64,000 nt of DNA. Origin: Klebsormidium nitens (taxonomy: Eukaryota > Plantae > Klebsormidiophyceae). Numbering within the stretch: position 1 is the first letter of the stretch; each line of letters opens with the position of its first letter. The notes beneath the pieces were generated by a model. It had not been told where the DNA came from. It did not search any database and saw only the letters and a program-made list of their open reading frames with translations. Positions 51,901 to 62,821 of this stretch are shown here, in pieces. The stretch spans positions 32,245 through 96,244 of the forward strand of contig DF237300.1 in NCBI GenBank assembly GCA_000708835.1, read 5' to 3'. The position numbers and the translations under genes are program-made.

Positions 51901-54900
51901 TGAGGGGTATTAAAATTTCTAAAAGTTCACTTTGTTCAATTATGTAGCTCTGAGTTGCTTATCCCCTGCGAATGATCTCATACTCCGTGCCATATTCTAG
52001 TGAGGTCGAACACAGAAACGCGTGGCCCGAATGAGTTGCTGTCATTTTACGAATGGTAAAGAAAGGTATCATTCAGCGAATGCCTTCAGAAGGACTTAGC
52101 AAAGTCACAGCGCTGAATGAGACGTACAACTACGCAGGTTTTCTGTTACAACGCTCGAGAACTTTGGAACGACTTCGAAAAGGTCGAACCAGTGGTTTCC
52201 TTCTAGAACTCAGAGCGCAGAACCACAAAGCGCAGACTGCCACACGCTTATCTCAACCCCAGGTCGAGATACGTTCACAAGTTTCGGTCGCCGTTTTCCA
52301 TTCAGTGGGTTTGAGAGCGCCATCCCACACTCGATCCCCTCTACCCCGAGAACCTTTAAACCAAGAACGTGAAGACCCTAAAACCCTAAAATCCGCGCAT
52401 GTCAGCACATGCTGACGTCAACCCCAGGTAAAGGTACGCCCACAAAGCGCCAAACCCAAAAAAGTCTGATAACTCAAAGTCACAACTGATAACATCAAAC
52501 CCTGAAAGGTGCGCATCGCTTACGTCAACCGCGGGTTAAGGTACGCCCACAAAAATCCCGGTCGCCGTTCTCCGTGCAGTGGGTTTGAAAACTTCAACCC
52601 AAATCAATCCCCTAAACCCCTAAAGCCCTCAAACCAAAAACCTCGAAAACCCTAGAACCTTGAAAGCCGCGCAATGTCAGCACATGCTTACGTCAACCCC
52701 AGGTAAAGGTACGCCAACGAGCCCCGGCTGCCGTTCTCCGTGCAATGAATTCGAGAGCGCCATCCCAAACTCGGTCATTCCGTAGCGCTCTAGTAACCGG
52801 TGCCCTGAAACCCGCTCCCATTCTTCCATCAAGGAAGTCGGACAGGCCGCGGATCCGGACACCTGTCAGAACCAGACGTCCGAATTTGTGCTTTTGAGTA
52901 GTCACGTCACCCATGCTTTGCGCGAATCCTTCATTTTCTTGAGGCTTAGCTTTTGATGACTCCGTTAAAGCAGTAGTGACCAACTCCAGAAGCGCCTTTC
53001 GTGCAACGCGTGGAAATTCAGCTTAGACGGTAGCATTACAAAGTTGAGATTTTGTGCCCTTGTGAAAGATTTGAGCAGGTAGGTGCCGCAACATCAGCAC
53101 ACGGAGTGATTAAACCAGGGGAGTTTGATCTACTTTGATTTGGCAAGCTTTCGTCTAGTCGTACAGAAGACGCGCAACCCCTCTTGTAGAGCAATCCGCA
53201 TCACCAGACTATGGAGCCTAACCATAGCGCCTCGATACACTGAGAAACAAGACTAAAAGTGTTCGAGCTCTTGAGAATTGCAATCGGTTCTTCTCACCAT
53301 GAGCCGCAACCTATTGACGGACGCGATTGCGGACGCCTGCTCGTCTAGCGACATCGTTCGAAATAAAATCTCAGATACTTTTAAACAAAGTCTTTACTTT
53401 TCTATGGAGATTGCAGTCGGTCCTCTTCTCACCATGAGCCGCAACCTTTTGACGGACGCGGTTGCGGACGCCTGCTCGTCCGGCGGCATCGTCCGAAACG
53501 CCTCCAGCAGACGAACGTACATAGTGGGCACCTGGTCAACACAAGAGCGGAGGCGTCATAAGCGATGGGCGCAACGTATAAGCCATTGGCGCGCCGCATA
53601 AACGATGGTCGCAGGGGACGTGCGTCAACCATAAGGGGTGTGTAACCCAAGCTGTGTTGCACTCCTGTCGTACGAGCCACGTCTCCAGGTTTAGAGACAC
53701 AAGAAGATGCATTAGGCCTCTGACGTTAGAGTTACGGTCCCTGTGAATTGTTTCAAGAGCAGAGCCTGGGTGAAAGACAGAAGGCGGTGCACTCTTGTCT
53801 GGGGTACGCACCTTCGCATCCAATTCGAAGAAATTAAGACACTCAGTGAGACACCCACAAGCTCGGCGGAGACCGCTGTTAGAGTGTTATGCTTGCATGT
53901 TAGATCTCCTCAAGCAGACCAGCAACGAAGAGCTTAAACCTATTAACCAGTGAACGGGCTCGAATAGGAAGAGAACAGGAAGAACAGTCGGGAAGGTGTT
54001 GCATTGCTGAGATTTGGATAACTTGACCGTAAATTAGAGTTGTATCAAACAGTGAGAAGGTGAGGAAAGGAAAAAGGAAAGAGAAGCTTGCAGATAAGGA
54101 TGAAAGGATGTACCCACCCCCATGAAGAGCGTGAGCGGATGGTCACCGGACGCCTCTCGTCGGAAACGCTCCCACACCTCGTTTGCCTTGAACTTGGGGA
54201 GGAAGTGAATCTGTCATCAAGGAAGAAGCAGATTTCCTTCGATGAGCTTGAAGAAAGGGTTGTCGTCAAAGATCCGATTGCCTCTTGGCAATCTGAAAAC
54301 AACAACGAAGACAACGACTTTCGGGGCTCTCCCTTCAAGCGAAAGAGTGCGCTTCTGTGGGTTGACGACAGTGCAGCTACCTGCATAAACCTGAGCAAAG
54401 CAAGGATCAAAGCTGTGGTATCTACAAGTTCAGTGAAAGCATCGTTGAGCATGGATAATTTTGTGGAACCAAACACTTCCTTTGGTTTATAGTGGGCAGG
54501 AGACAAAGGCAGGGGAATCGAACGAACATAACCTCAGAGGTGTGTTTTGGAAACGGCTGCATTCAGCTTCTACATCCTAAAAACCTGCCCTGATTTCAAC
54601 GTAGGGCTGTCTCGCGTCAGCATGATTCCCGCGGAAACGACCATCGTCGCAAATGGAGGCGCAGAAAGCACACGGTCTCGACAAGTCGTGGTAAGAATCG
54701 CACAACTAAAGCCGAGAGTCAGCAAGCTCCAAGATCTGACGGCTTCGATATTTTCCTTCCACAGTGTTTAGAAGGTCCACGATATTCGAAACCAAGCTTT
54801 ACATGAAGTCGAGGTCTTCAGGGAATCTCCGTCCGCTTTTCAGATACCAGGCATTGACGTTCATTCCACTTTCAGGTTTACGAAAACCATTTTCCCGATC

Positions 54901-57112
54901 ATCAGGACTTGGAGTAGTTACAGTCCCGTCATACCGCAGATTGGAGGTCGCACGGCTCACCGAAGCGCCGCTGTAGAGCGGGCAGAGGAGCGCATTCACA
55001 AGGCCGTGGACGTGGTGGAGAGGCAGGGTGTGAAGAATCGCGTCGCTGGAGGCCCATTCCCAGGCGTCGACGAGCATGCGGGTCTGAAGAAAGGAATTTG
55101 ACGACTGGGTTATACAAGAATTTACCGTTCAAGGTTGATTGAAGAAATGGGGCAAAGAACGGATGACGAGAGTGCCGATGAGCAGTGGTTAGATGACGGT
55201 GGATTGTCAACGCAAGTCGTAAATGACCAACTTATAAGGTATATTGGGTCCTTGTTCGTGAAGCCATCTTAACTAATTTTTCATTCGACTTTGGTTCGAA
55301 GTGGCGAGAACACATCAAGCGGCGCTTGCTAGAAGGTCGCCCCATCGTCTGAGGCGGAAGGCTATCAGGTTGGGGGCCTGAAATGAGCGAAGCCCAGAGA
55401 ACGAAGAAGAGGATTTAACGTCGACGAGAGAAAGCGGCATCAAGGCTTCAAAGGAGCGCCGCACTGACACCAGACACTCAACCTGGTTCTGGCTCAGGGA
55501 ATGTTTCGAACGGGCCGGTCGCAGTCGTGTCATAAAAGAGGGCAGATGAAGAAACACGGAGATCTTCAAGGAAATTAGACTATACGACAGTTGGAGAAAA
55601 AAAGGTGACGAAAGAATCGAAAGAAAAACCTCGGAACAGCCGGTTTCCACATGACGTCACTCTCAACCCTACTCTTTGTCTGTTGCTTTCTCCGTTTTCT
55701 CCCTACCCCAAAAATCCCATCCACCCGTTATCCTACCTGCGCCTCCAAGCTCCCATGCGTATGCACCACTCCCTTTGGCTTCCCCGTCGTCCCACTCGTG
55801 TATATAATCATCGCCGGCTCGTCCTTAACCCCCTCCGTAACCCGCTCGTTAACCCTCCCCTCCAGGAACTTGACGAGGGGCCCTTGGGGGTTAGCCGCCA
55901 ACAACGAAACCCCATCCGGCGTTTTGAACACGTCTAGAAAGGCTGCCTTCCGGTCGAGCGCGGTTTTCAAGGGGTTTGGGGCGTGGACTGAGGGAATGGG
56001 GAGCAAGGGGATCGACGCTTTTTGGACGAGGTTTTGGAGGGTGGGGTGAAATTCGTCAGAGGCGAGGACGGCGGATATCCCCTGTGAAGGAAAGAGTTTC
56101 GGTTTGTTGTCAGATTTGTCCCACTGACTTCGATATGATGATACTGAGAGTAACAGGGGATCTTCACGTTGGAATCAGATGTTGTCATGTGTTGCTGAGG
56201 GCCTTAACGAAGGCAGAGGAAACAAGTGTAAGTGAATCTTCGATTTGACTGCAGATGCTTGTTTTCGAACCCCCGAAAAGCAAAGTGATTGGAGGGAGTC
56301 TCAGGAGGCTGGACGAATTATAGCGTCAAACGGCACCAGGAAGCATAGGCAAGAAAGCAACATCTCTCTATGAATTTTCAAACATTTTAACATTATAGGT
56401 ACGAAATTAGCTACAAAGGGGCGCCAGCTGCCTTTTCTACGACGAAGAGCTGTGTGCAAAGCTTTAGAGATCGAGGGATCCCTTGTTTGATGCAGGGTTC
56501 ACCGAATGACCAACGTTGAGGGGATTGCAGCCATCAGTAATCAGGAATGTTTTCTTTGAAACACAACATAATGCGGGTGTGGAAACGCATCAACGCTGCT
56601 CTTCACATCAGGGTTCCCTTGTCCCCTTTAGGGTACACATCTTCACAGAATGAGAGTATATGTGAAACCATCCACCAACTAGTCTTATTTTCCTAGATTG
56701 CCAGAACTACACTCACCGCATCGCGCATCACGTACTCTAGCTCAGCTGGAGGGTGCGAGAGCGCCATTGGAACTGCCACCCCCCCCGTCAGCCACGTCCC
56801 CCAGAGGGCGCCCACGAACGCCGCCGAGGGGGGGGCCATAATCCCCACCCGCTTCCTCTCCAGCCCAGCCCCCTGGAAAGGAACATTCCGCAGCAATGTG
56901 CGGAAGGCGTCTACGTAAGCCTGGCCTTCGAGTGGGGAGAAGTTTTCTGGGGGGGGAGGAATGTCAGCGGCATTGGAGCTAACCAGGAGATTGGTAGCTA
57001 GGAAGCTGGAGAAGTTGAGGAGATCTCGGTATGTCGTTGGGGGGGAGGAAGGGGAGGGGCGGGCGACAGCTGTCCGCCCCCCGTGCAGTAGTGCCCGGCG
57101 AATGACCTCCAT
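48928..57112 (-). CDS. AAE13: Malonate--CoA ligase / acyl-activating enzyme 13 (ACSF3-like)
   Basis: Exons 57112-56717, 56081-55737, 55083-54961, 54210-54118, 53531-53433, 52862-52692, 51780-51520, 51073-50915, 49787-49734, 48999-48928, all phase 0. Motifs [78 protein letters not shown]. An upstream targeting exon may exist. Confidence 0.93.
50231..50415. mobile_element. Second, older copy of the 185-bp MITE, inverted, in an AAE13 intron
   Basis: Its reverse complement aligns with 20715-20899 along the whole length (e.g. ccgactaacactaaaaa(t/c)cctaacccaaaaagac and cccagtgcggttac..ttat.atctcggctta..cttgagtt). One TIR and the target duplication are degraded. Confidence 0.8.
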
Positions 57113-57632
57113 AGCTTGTGCCCCTTGGGTGGTGCTTAGGGTGGGGGAATTGTGCGAAGCTAGCTCGATTGGTTTTGATTGCAGACAGTCAAATCCCAAG
57201 AGAGTTTTATTGCATCAGGCGCAAATCAGCAAAGGGCTTTCAAGAGCTTTCTAGTGGGCTGATTTGGGGCTTGTTCCCCAATTGCCTGCAAATGCTGTGG
57301 CCTGACTGCGCTGAACTTGGTTGTCCTGTTTGTAGAGTGTCTACTAAACTACTGCTGAAGGTGAAAAGATGCAGCTATGCCACCCGCTTGTGGGTCAGTG
57401 CAGATCAACATTCTGGCAGCTGTTAGTAAGCTGGGAGCGTCTTTTATTATCCACTGCTGTTCCTGGGCTTCGAGGAGCACCAACAAAAGTTGCAAAGGAT
57501 CTCTACAGCAGCATCGGATCACTTCTCTCGAGAGGAGAAGCTCTGATGCAATGCCATGCAGAGACACTGAGTGTGTCCGAAGTTTGAGATTCAGAATGCA
57601 AGCTGGGCGGTCGTTGAAGTCTAAGAGCTCTC

Positions 57633-57734
57633 CAAACTGAAAACTAAGGAACTGTATCGACTAAGCTTCCGTAGAAGCATTCTGCCTGTGGCACAGCTGC
57701 TTGATGGTCGATCATAAAATTTTGGGTCGAACCC
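57633..57734. repeat. Terminal repeat B2 of the YR retrotransposon
   Basis: 102 bp identical to 58216-58317 (caaactgaaaactaaggaac...aaattttgggtcgaaccc). Confidence 0.92.
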
Positions 57735-58215
57735 TCCGCGCGGGCTTGTGTCCAGTGCATGGGCTAGGAGGAATTAAAGGCTCCAAGCCGACGCAGTGTG
57801 TCGCGAATTTGTGTAGATTCGCGGCGGTGACGTACGCCCGATCGGAGGATCAGAGACTGCGCGCGCATTCGCGAGCAGACAGGGTTTGACCATCGAGCCG
57901 CGGCGCAACAGCGCGTGGCATTCATGGGGCGAGGACGCGAATGTCTCAGAAGGCGTCTTAGGGTGTCGTGCAACGAGCACACGGTGAGTATGAAGAAGAG
58001 CTAGATGGATATTTCAAGGGTGGGTGGGTGGGATCGCGCAAATTCCATGGCTTCTGCGCCTCAAAAAGCTCCTACGACACTTCTTCCTTCCAACTTGAAA
58101 TGCTGATAAACGCATTCTCTCTTCGTTCTCTTGAGCTCAAAGTCAAGACTCTGTTCCGTCGAGCTGTACCTTCGATGATCACGTGTCCAATTTCAATGGC
58201 TGCAAAAGTATTCCT
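57735..58215. other. Putative A2 segment of split direct repeats (A1-ORFs-B1-A2-B2)
   Basis: 481 bp between the two B copies, as in PAT/Ngaro-type split direct repeats. The matching A1 is predicted beyond position 64000 and cannot be seen. Confidence 0.6.
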
Positions 58216-58317
58216 CAAACTGAAAACTAAGGAACTGTATCGACTAAGCTTCCGTAGAAGCATTCTGCCTGTGGCACAGCTGCTTGATGGTCGATCATAA
58301 AATTTTGGGTCGAACCC
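58216..58317. repeat. Internal repeat B1 of the YR retrotransposon
   Basis: Identical to 57633-57734. Confidence 0.92.
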
Positions 58318-58338
58318 AATCAAGAATTGCCCAAAAGG

Positions 58339-59487
58339 ATGGCGGGCAAAAATCTGTTTCCTTTTGTCCGTGCAGGGTTCAGAACGAATTTAGCCGAACG
58401 TTATGGAAACGTGCTCGTGGTGTCACTTGCTGACACGTCAGTATCCGACTCTGGTGTGAGGGAAAGCACGGGTCAGGACTTCTACGCTCACGCCTTGCAC
58501 GGTGCAGCTGCTGTTGCAAACCGAAGTGTTTGCAGCTCATTCGAAGAAAGTCGAAAAAAGACTTGGAGCGAGTTCCTTGAGTTTTGCGGTTTCATCGGGA
58601 AGGCGGTTTCTGACATCATAGATTTGGACGTCTTGGCTTTCGTTCACGGTTTCTGGCTGCCGCGTCATCGGGATGCTTGTCGTACAGTGCTGAGCGTAGA
58701 TGGGAGCAAAACAGCGTCAGCGTCTGCGATCAAGGGCATCATCTGTCATCTGAACAAAAGTTTTCTCATGCTCGGTATCGAAGGGCATCGGAACCCGACG
58801 CAGTCAGAGGCGGTGCGGAACTACAGGGAAGGTTACCGGAATTTGTTGCACGAGTCAGGCGTTCGAGAAAAAAGAGCACTTGTTTTCAAGGAGGCAAAGG
58901 TTCAGGACTTCGTCGAGTGGTTAGAATCCAGGGTAGCCGCTGCCTCGGGTGTCCAGCTGTGCAGTCTTTTGAGCGATTTGGCAATCGTCCACTATCTTTG
59001 GGAATCGTGGAGTCGGGGCAAGGAATGCGGATCTTTAGAATTTCGGCAGATCTCTTTCGAGGATCAATTAGTTCGGGCCGGCTGGAGCAAGACGGTTCGA
59101 GAGGAACCCAGTGCCGAGATCCCCGTGCAGTCCAAGTTCTTGCGGGCTGCTGCTCGCCTCGTCAGCGCCTGCGAACAAGCAGGGGATCCGATCGGTTCCG
59201 GGTTCCTGTTCCGTCCACTAAATGAGCGGAAGAACGGATTCAAGCCGAAAGCCATGAGCAGCGGAACCATGAGGCGAAGAATGCAGCAGCGTCTGAAAGA
59301 AGCTGGCTTATTCGAAGGCGAGACTTTACACAGCTTCCGCCGTTCTGCAGTCCAACACGCTGCTTCCATAGAAGGTTACGACGTGGCAAAGTTGATGCAA
59401 CGAGGAAGGTGGTCTAGCTACGCAGCTTTCCGATTATATGTGGAGGAGATAGAATCAGAGTTCCCTCGACGACTTGGACCAAGGTAG
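58339..59487 (+). CDS. Tyrosine recombinase of the retrotransposon, antisense to gag-pol
   Basis: Uninterrupted ORF (open from about 58288, first ATG 58339). Catalytic set R (WSRGKECG), HSFRR, W (GRWSS) and Y (FRLYVE); preceded by a helical binding-domain-like region. Confidence 0.9.
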   Translation: MAGKNLFPFVRAGFRTNLAERYGNVLVVSLADTSVSDSGVRESTGQDFYAHALHGAAAVANRSVCSSFEESRKKTWSEFLEFCGFIGKAVSDIIDLDVLAFVHGFWLPRHRDACRTVLSVDGSKTASASAIKGIICHLNKSFLMLGIEGHRNPTQSEAVRNYREGYRNLLHESGVREKRALVFKEAKVQDFVEWLESRVAAASGVQLCSLLSDLAIVHYLWESWSRGKECGSLEFRQISFEDQLVRAGWSKTVREEPSAEIPVQSKFLRAAARLVSACEQAGDPIGSGFLFRPLNERKNGFKPKAMSSGTMRRRMQQRLKEAGLFEGETLHSFRRSAVQHAASIEGYDVAKLMQRGRWSSYAAFRLYVEEIESEFPRRLGPR

Positions 59488-59749
59488 TACAGGTTGTAGT
59501 AGTTCAAAATAACATTCGTAAATGATTAGACAATGGTAGTCTAACACATGCTGCGTCTCACATGCTAATTCTCAATGCACCTTATAGACATTTCATTGTA
59601 TACCAAGCGATACTTCATTCCCAATTCTCTATGATATTTCATATCCGCTGCATGCCAAGATTTCCAACACATCCTTTAACATTTTGCCTTTCCAACTTAC
59701 GACTGCAATGAAAAGAATTATTCATTTTCATCATATCGAGATCTGTCTC

Positions 59750-61627
59750 CTATCTGTTCTGGTTCTTCTTATCCCATTCTATGCAATATACTTCCAATCC
59801 TAAGAACGCAGGACTGATCGTTCTGCTTGGTACTCTTAGACTAGCTCTGCAGCTATCAGCTGCTCTCGGGATCTTGTAGCTGGCTCTTACGTTAGCGCCT
59901 TGAAACCCTCGGATTTGGGTTTCCGCTAGAGACCCTTTCGGCGCAGAAATGCAGACGAGAGCGTTGACTCGGAAGTTGCTCAGGCGCTCCAGGACCTGCG
60001 TCGTCAGGCCGACCGGCGAAAAGATCCAGGCGCTCTCTCCCGCCTGAACTAGTTCCCTCCAATCGAGCGCCATCGCGTGCACCGCCGTGCACCCCGGGGT
60101 ATAGTACTTCGCGACGAAGCGTTCCGCCACGTGGAAAGTTGCTGAGGCAAATAGATCTATCGACGGGTTAACCCCAAAGTGCTCCGTCAGCTTCCGGAAC
60201 ACGCTGGCCGAGACTCCCCAGTCGGACGCATCCGGTTCTCTCGACAACGCATCCGCTTCCGCCAGGTCCTCTCGCGGAACCCACCTCGTTACCAGATCGC
60301 AACGGAATTCCGCGCACAGTTCGAGGACCTGCTTCAGAGCGGAACGGATCAGCGGAACCGAACTGCGAAACTTCCCGATGGCTGCGAGCCCCGCTTGACT
60401 GTCCCCGGTCAGCATCACCGCCCGCTCCGTTATCAGTTCCGGTACCTTCTCCGTCACAACTTTTATCGCCGCCGCGTATCCGATTACTTCTCTCTCTGTG
60501 CTGGACCCTCCTGCCTGTACTTCCGAGAATGTTCCTTCTATTTCAAGTCTCCGCCCATCCGGAAGTTCCGCCCAGCCGCCAAAGCGGATCTCTGATGCGT
60601 CCACGTGCGCGCTCACCGCCACTGGCCTAGGCCACCATCTTCTTACGTTCCACCTCTCCAGGTTCTTCAACCAGAAGGTCGCCGTTTCCGCTACCTCCGC
60701 CGGTGTCGGGAAAAGTTCGTCCCAGGTCTCCTTTCCGCTGAGCGCCCCGTAAAAAGACCTACTGTAGAGCGCCACCGGGAGGATCGCAGGCGCCGTCGAC
60801 GCTAGCAAGCCGGCCATCTTCGCGAGCTTCCTGGGTGACGTCGTAGGGCTTTCCGCCATTTCCGCTAGTGCACTCCTCAGCCTCTCCATCCTGCCTTCTC
60901 CCAGTCTGAACTCCGCTTGCTCCGAATCGACCAGGAATCCGAGCCACTTCAGAAGGAGCACTGGCTCGAGTTGACACTTCGGCAGTCCGAAGTGCGCGCC
61001 CAGCGCAACACCCATAAGCCTCACAATGAACAGAATTTGACGTAGCGCTCTCCCAAAAGTCGGAGCTGCCGTGAAAGAGTCATCTATGTAGCCAGACAGC
61101 GGAACACCCCTAGCCCGGAGTTCAAGGATTGGCCCTCTCATGACCTTGGTGAAGACGTAACAGGCTTGAGCAAATCCAAAGCACAGGACCTTGTAGAAGA
61201 AGACAGTCTTTCCGACTTTAAACGCGAAATACTTCCAGTATGCCGGATGAATTGGCACATGGAAGTAACCTGACCTCAAGTCTGCAGTTGCCATGAAGAA
61301 ACCTCTTAGCGTGAACGCCAGGATGTCTCTCAGCTTCTCGTATTCGAACGGAATCTGCTCGAGGAAGGCATTGACGTATCTATCATTACAAATCAGGCGC
61401 TCTTTCCCCGCAGACTCTACCACGCCCATCGGGCTTATCACTTCCGGAGGCTCTGCGTCCGGGGGCCAAATTCCGACCGCTCCGGACTTGAGGTTTTTCC
61501 TAATCTCTGCTTCAGAGAACTCCCATCGCGTATAGAAGGAGCGATGGTTGCCGAATTCAACTCTGTGCGGTCGCTTACCCGACAGGTATTCGCCTACGTT
61601 TCGTTCTCCTATCGTCTTTGCTAGCAT
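59750..61627 (-). CDS. Pol: reverse transcriptase, RNase H and DIRS-type DNA adenine-methyltransferase-like domain
   Basis: 625-aa ORF, frame open to 61792. RT motifs RLICNDRYVN, ADLRSGYFH, LCFGFAQACYVFTKVM, YIDD (61090-61079). RNase H motifs VDAS, STEREV, GDSQ, EADALSR. C-terminal DW..VF..L..HFG.PSIDLFAS. Confidence 0.92.
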   Translation of the reverse strand: MLAKTIGERNVGEYLSGKRPHRVEFGNHRSFYTRWEFSEAEIRKNLKSGAVGIWPPDAEPPEVISPMGVVESAGKERLICNDRYVNAFLEQIPFEYEKLRDILAFTLRGFFMATADLRSGYFHVPIHPAYWKYFAFKVGKTVFFYKVLCFGFAQACYVFTKVMRGPILELRARGVPLSGYIDDSFTAAPTFGRALRQILFIVRLMGVALGAHFGLPKCQLEPVLLLKWLGFLVDSEQAEFRLGEGRMERLRSALAEMAESPTTSPRKLAKMAGLLASTAPAILPVALYSRSFYGALSGKETWDELFPTPAEVAETATFWLKNLERWNVRRWWPRPVAVSAHVDASEIRFGGWAELPDGRRLEIEGTFSEVQAGGSSTEREVIGYAAAIKVVTEKVPELITERAVMLTGDSQAGLAAIGKFRSSVPLIRSALKQVLELCAEFRCDLVTRWVPREDLAEADALSREPDASDWGVSASVFRKLTEHFGVNPSIDLFASATFHVAERFVAKYYTPGCTAVHAMALDWRELVQAGESAWIFSPVGLTTQVLERLSNFRVNALVCISAPKGSLAETQIRGFQGANVRASYKIPRAADSCRASLRVPSRTISPAFLGLEVYCIEWDKKNQNR

Positions 61628-62370
61628 CGCCTTGACGATTCTAATCTTGTCCTGCTTCGCGTTTTGGGTCCCTTCAAACCTCGGTCTAAACCCGTTTTTA
61701 AACCAGCTTAAGACCGACCTAGCAGACTTACGGTTCGAGCGTCTGAGTAGAACTTTCCTTCCAAGCAGGAAGGTGAGACTTGAAACTGGCAGCTACAAAG
61801 TTTTCATGGTCCGGGATTAGCGTCCGCAAATCCCGGAGTTGATTCAGAGATTCTGACACCAATTGCGTGTCAGGTGCTTTGGGTTCAGACTCCATCTCTT
61901 ATAACAGCTCGCTGACTCTAGCCACTTGTGCTTCCGGCGTCGGCGCCCTATCCTCTCTCGCTAGAATCTGCTTCATTTCATCCTCCCACTCTTGCGACGG
62001 TCCTTCCGCAGAACCGGAACTGAACGGATCGGATTCCGGATTTATTTGATCCGCTTCTGGATCTCCTAACGCCTCATCCGCTGCGTCTGGAACTGCCGTT
62101 AAGCACGTTGCCTCCAGCTCTTCTAACTCAAGCTGACTTAAAAGGGGCTCACTCTCGTTCATTTCTCTCGACTCGAGTTCTCCTTCTTCTTGCATAACGT
62201 CAGTCGAGCTGGCTCCTGGTTCCTCCACCTTGCCTTCAGTCGCGCCTTGTTTTGTCCACTCTCGTGGATCAGGGCTTCCGGAAGGGCACGCAGGTTCCGC
62301 TGGGGAAAGCTGGAACTCCTGCCGGGGCTTCTTTGGAACCGGCTCAGCGATTTCACTGTCAGCCCATTCA
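61628..62370 (-). pseudogene. Disrupted N-terminal part of pol (acidic linker plus pre-RT region)
   Basis: The acidic ORF stops at TAA 61901-61899. The same frame resumes EMESEP..PDHENFVAASFKSHLPAWKE (a DIRS-like pre-RT motif) and needs removal of one A at about 61755 to join the RT frame (WKEVLLRRSN..SWFKNGF). Confidence 0.7.
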
Positions 62371-62821
62371 CTGTTACAGATCAGTGAACATATTTCAGCC
62401 AAGAATCCGCAATCAAATTCTAGGAACTCAGAAAAAGGTTCAGAGGAATCGCACACAGGCCAAAACGCCAGAAACAACAAGCAAACTCCACGTTCCGCTC
62501 ATTCAGAGTTTAACCGAGAAATTTTTGCAAAGGCACTTTAACCGTTTAACTTAGCACACTGGCCGTGCTTATTTACACTTGTTACGAGTACAGACTTCCC
62601 TCTATCTTTATTCTGCATAGAATTGCCTACCTCGACAAGTTTAACCCACAGGATCAGAACCTAGTTCTGTCTTGCGCTCAAGAACCATCTCAGCGTGTTC
62701 ACACTTTTGCATCTTAGATCTTCTCCTATCTTGAGCACACCTTTCTAACCAGATTTGTGCAGTGCTTAAAATTTCGCGCTTCTGACTTCTCAGCCTTTCC
62801 TTTATCTACAAGGTTCTATCC

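Noticed and set aside
57633-58317. The 102-bp direct repeats as LTRs of a small LTR element
   Set aside because: There are no TG..CA ends, PBS or PPT, both copies lie at one end of a YR/RT element, and the layout fits split direct repeats.
57984-58375. Intron at the 5' end of the recombinase gene (acacg|gtgagt ... gtccgtgcag|)
   Set aside because: The sites look strong, but no upstream ATG is in the needed phase and splicing would remove the only early in-frame ATG; unresolved without transcripts.
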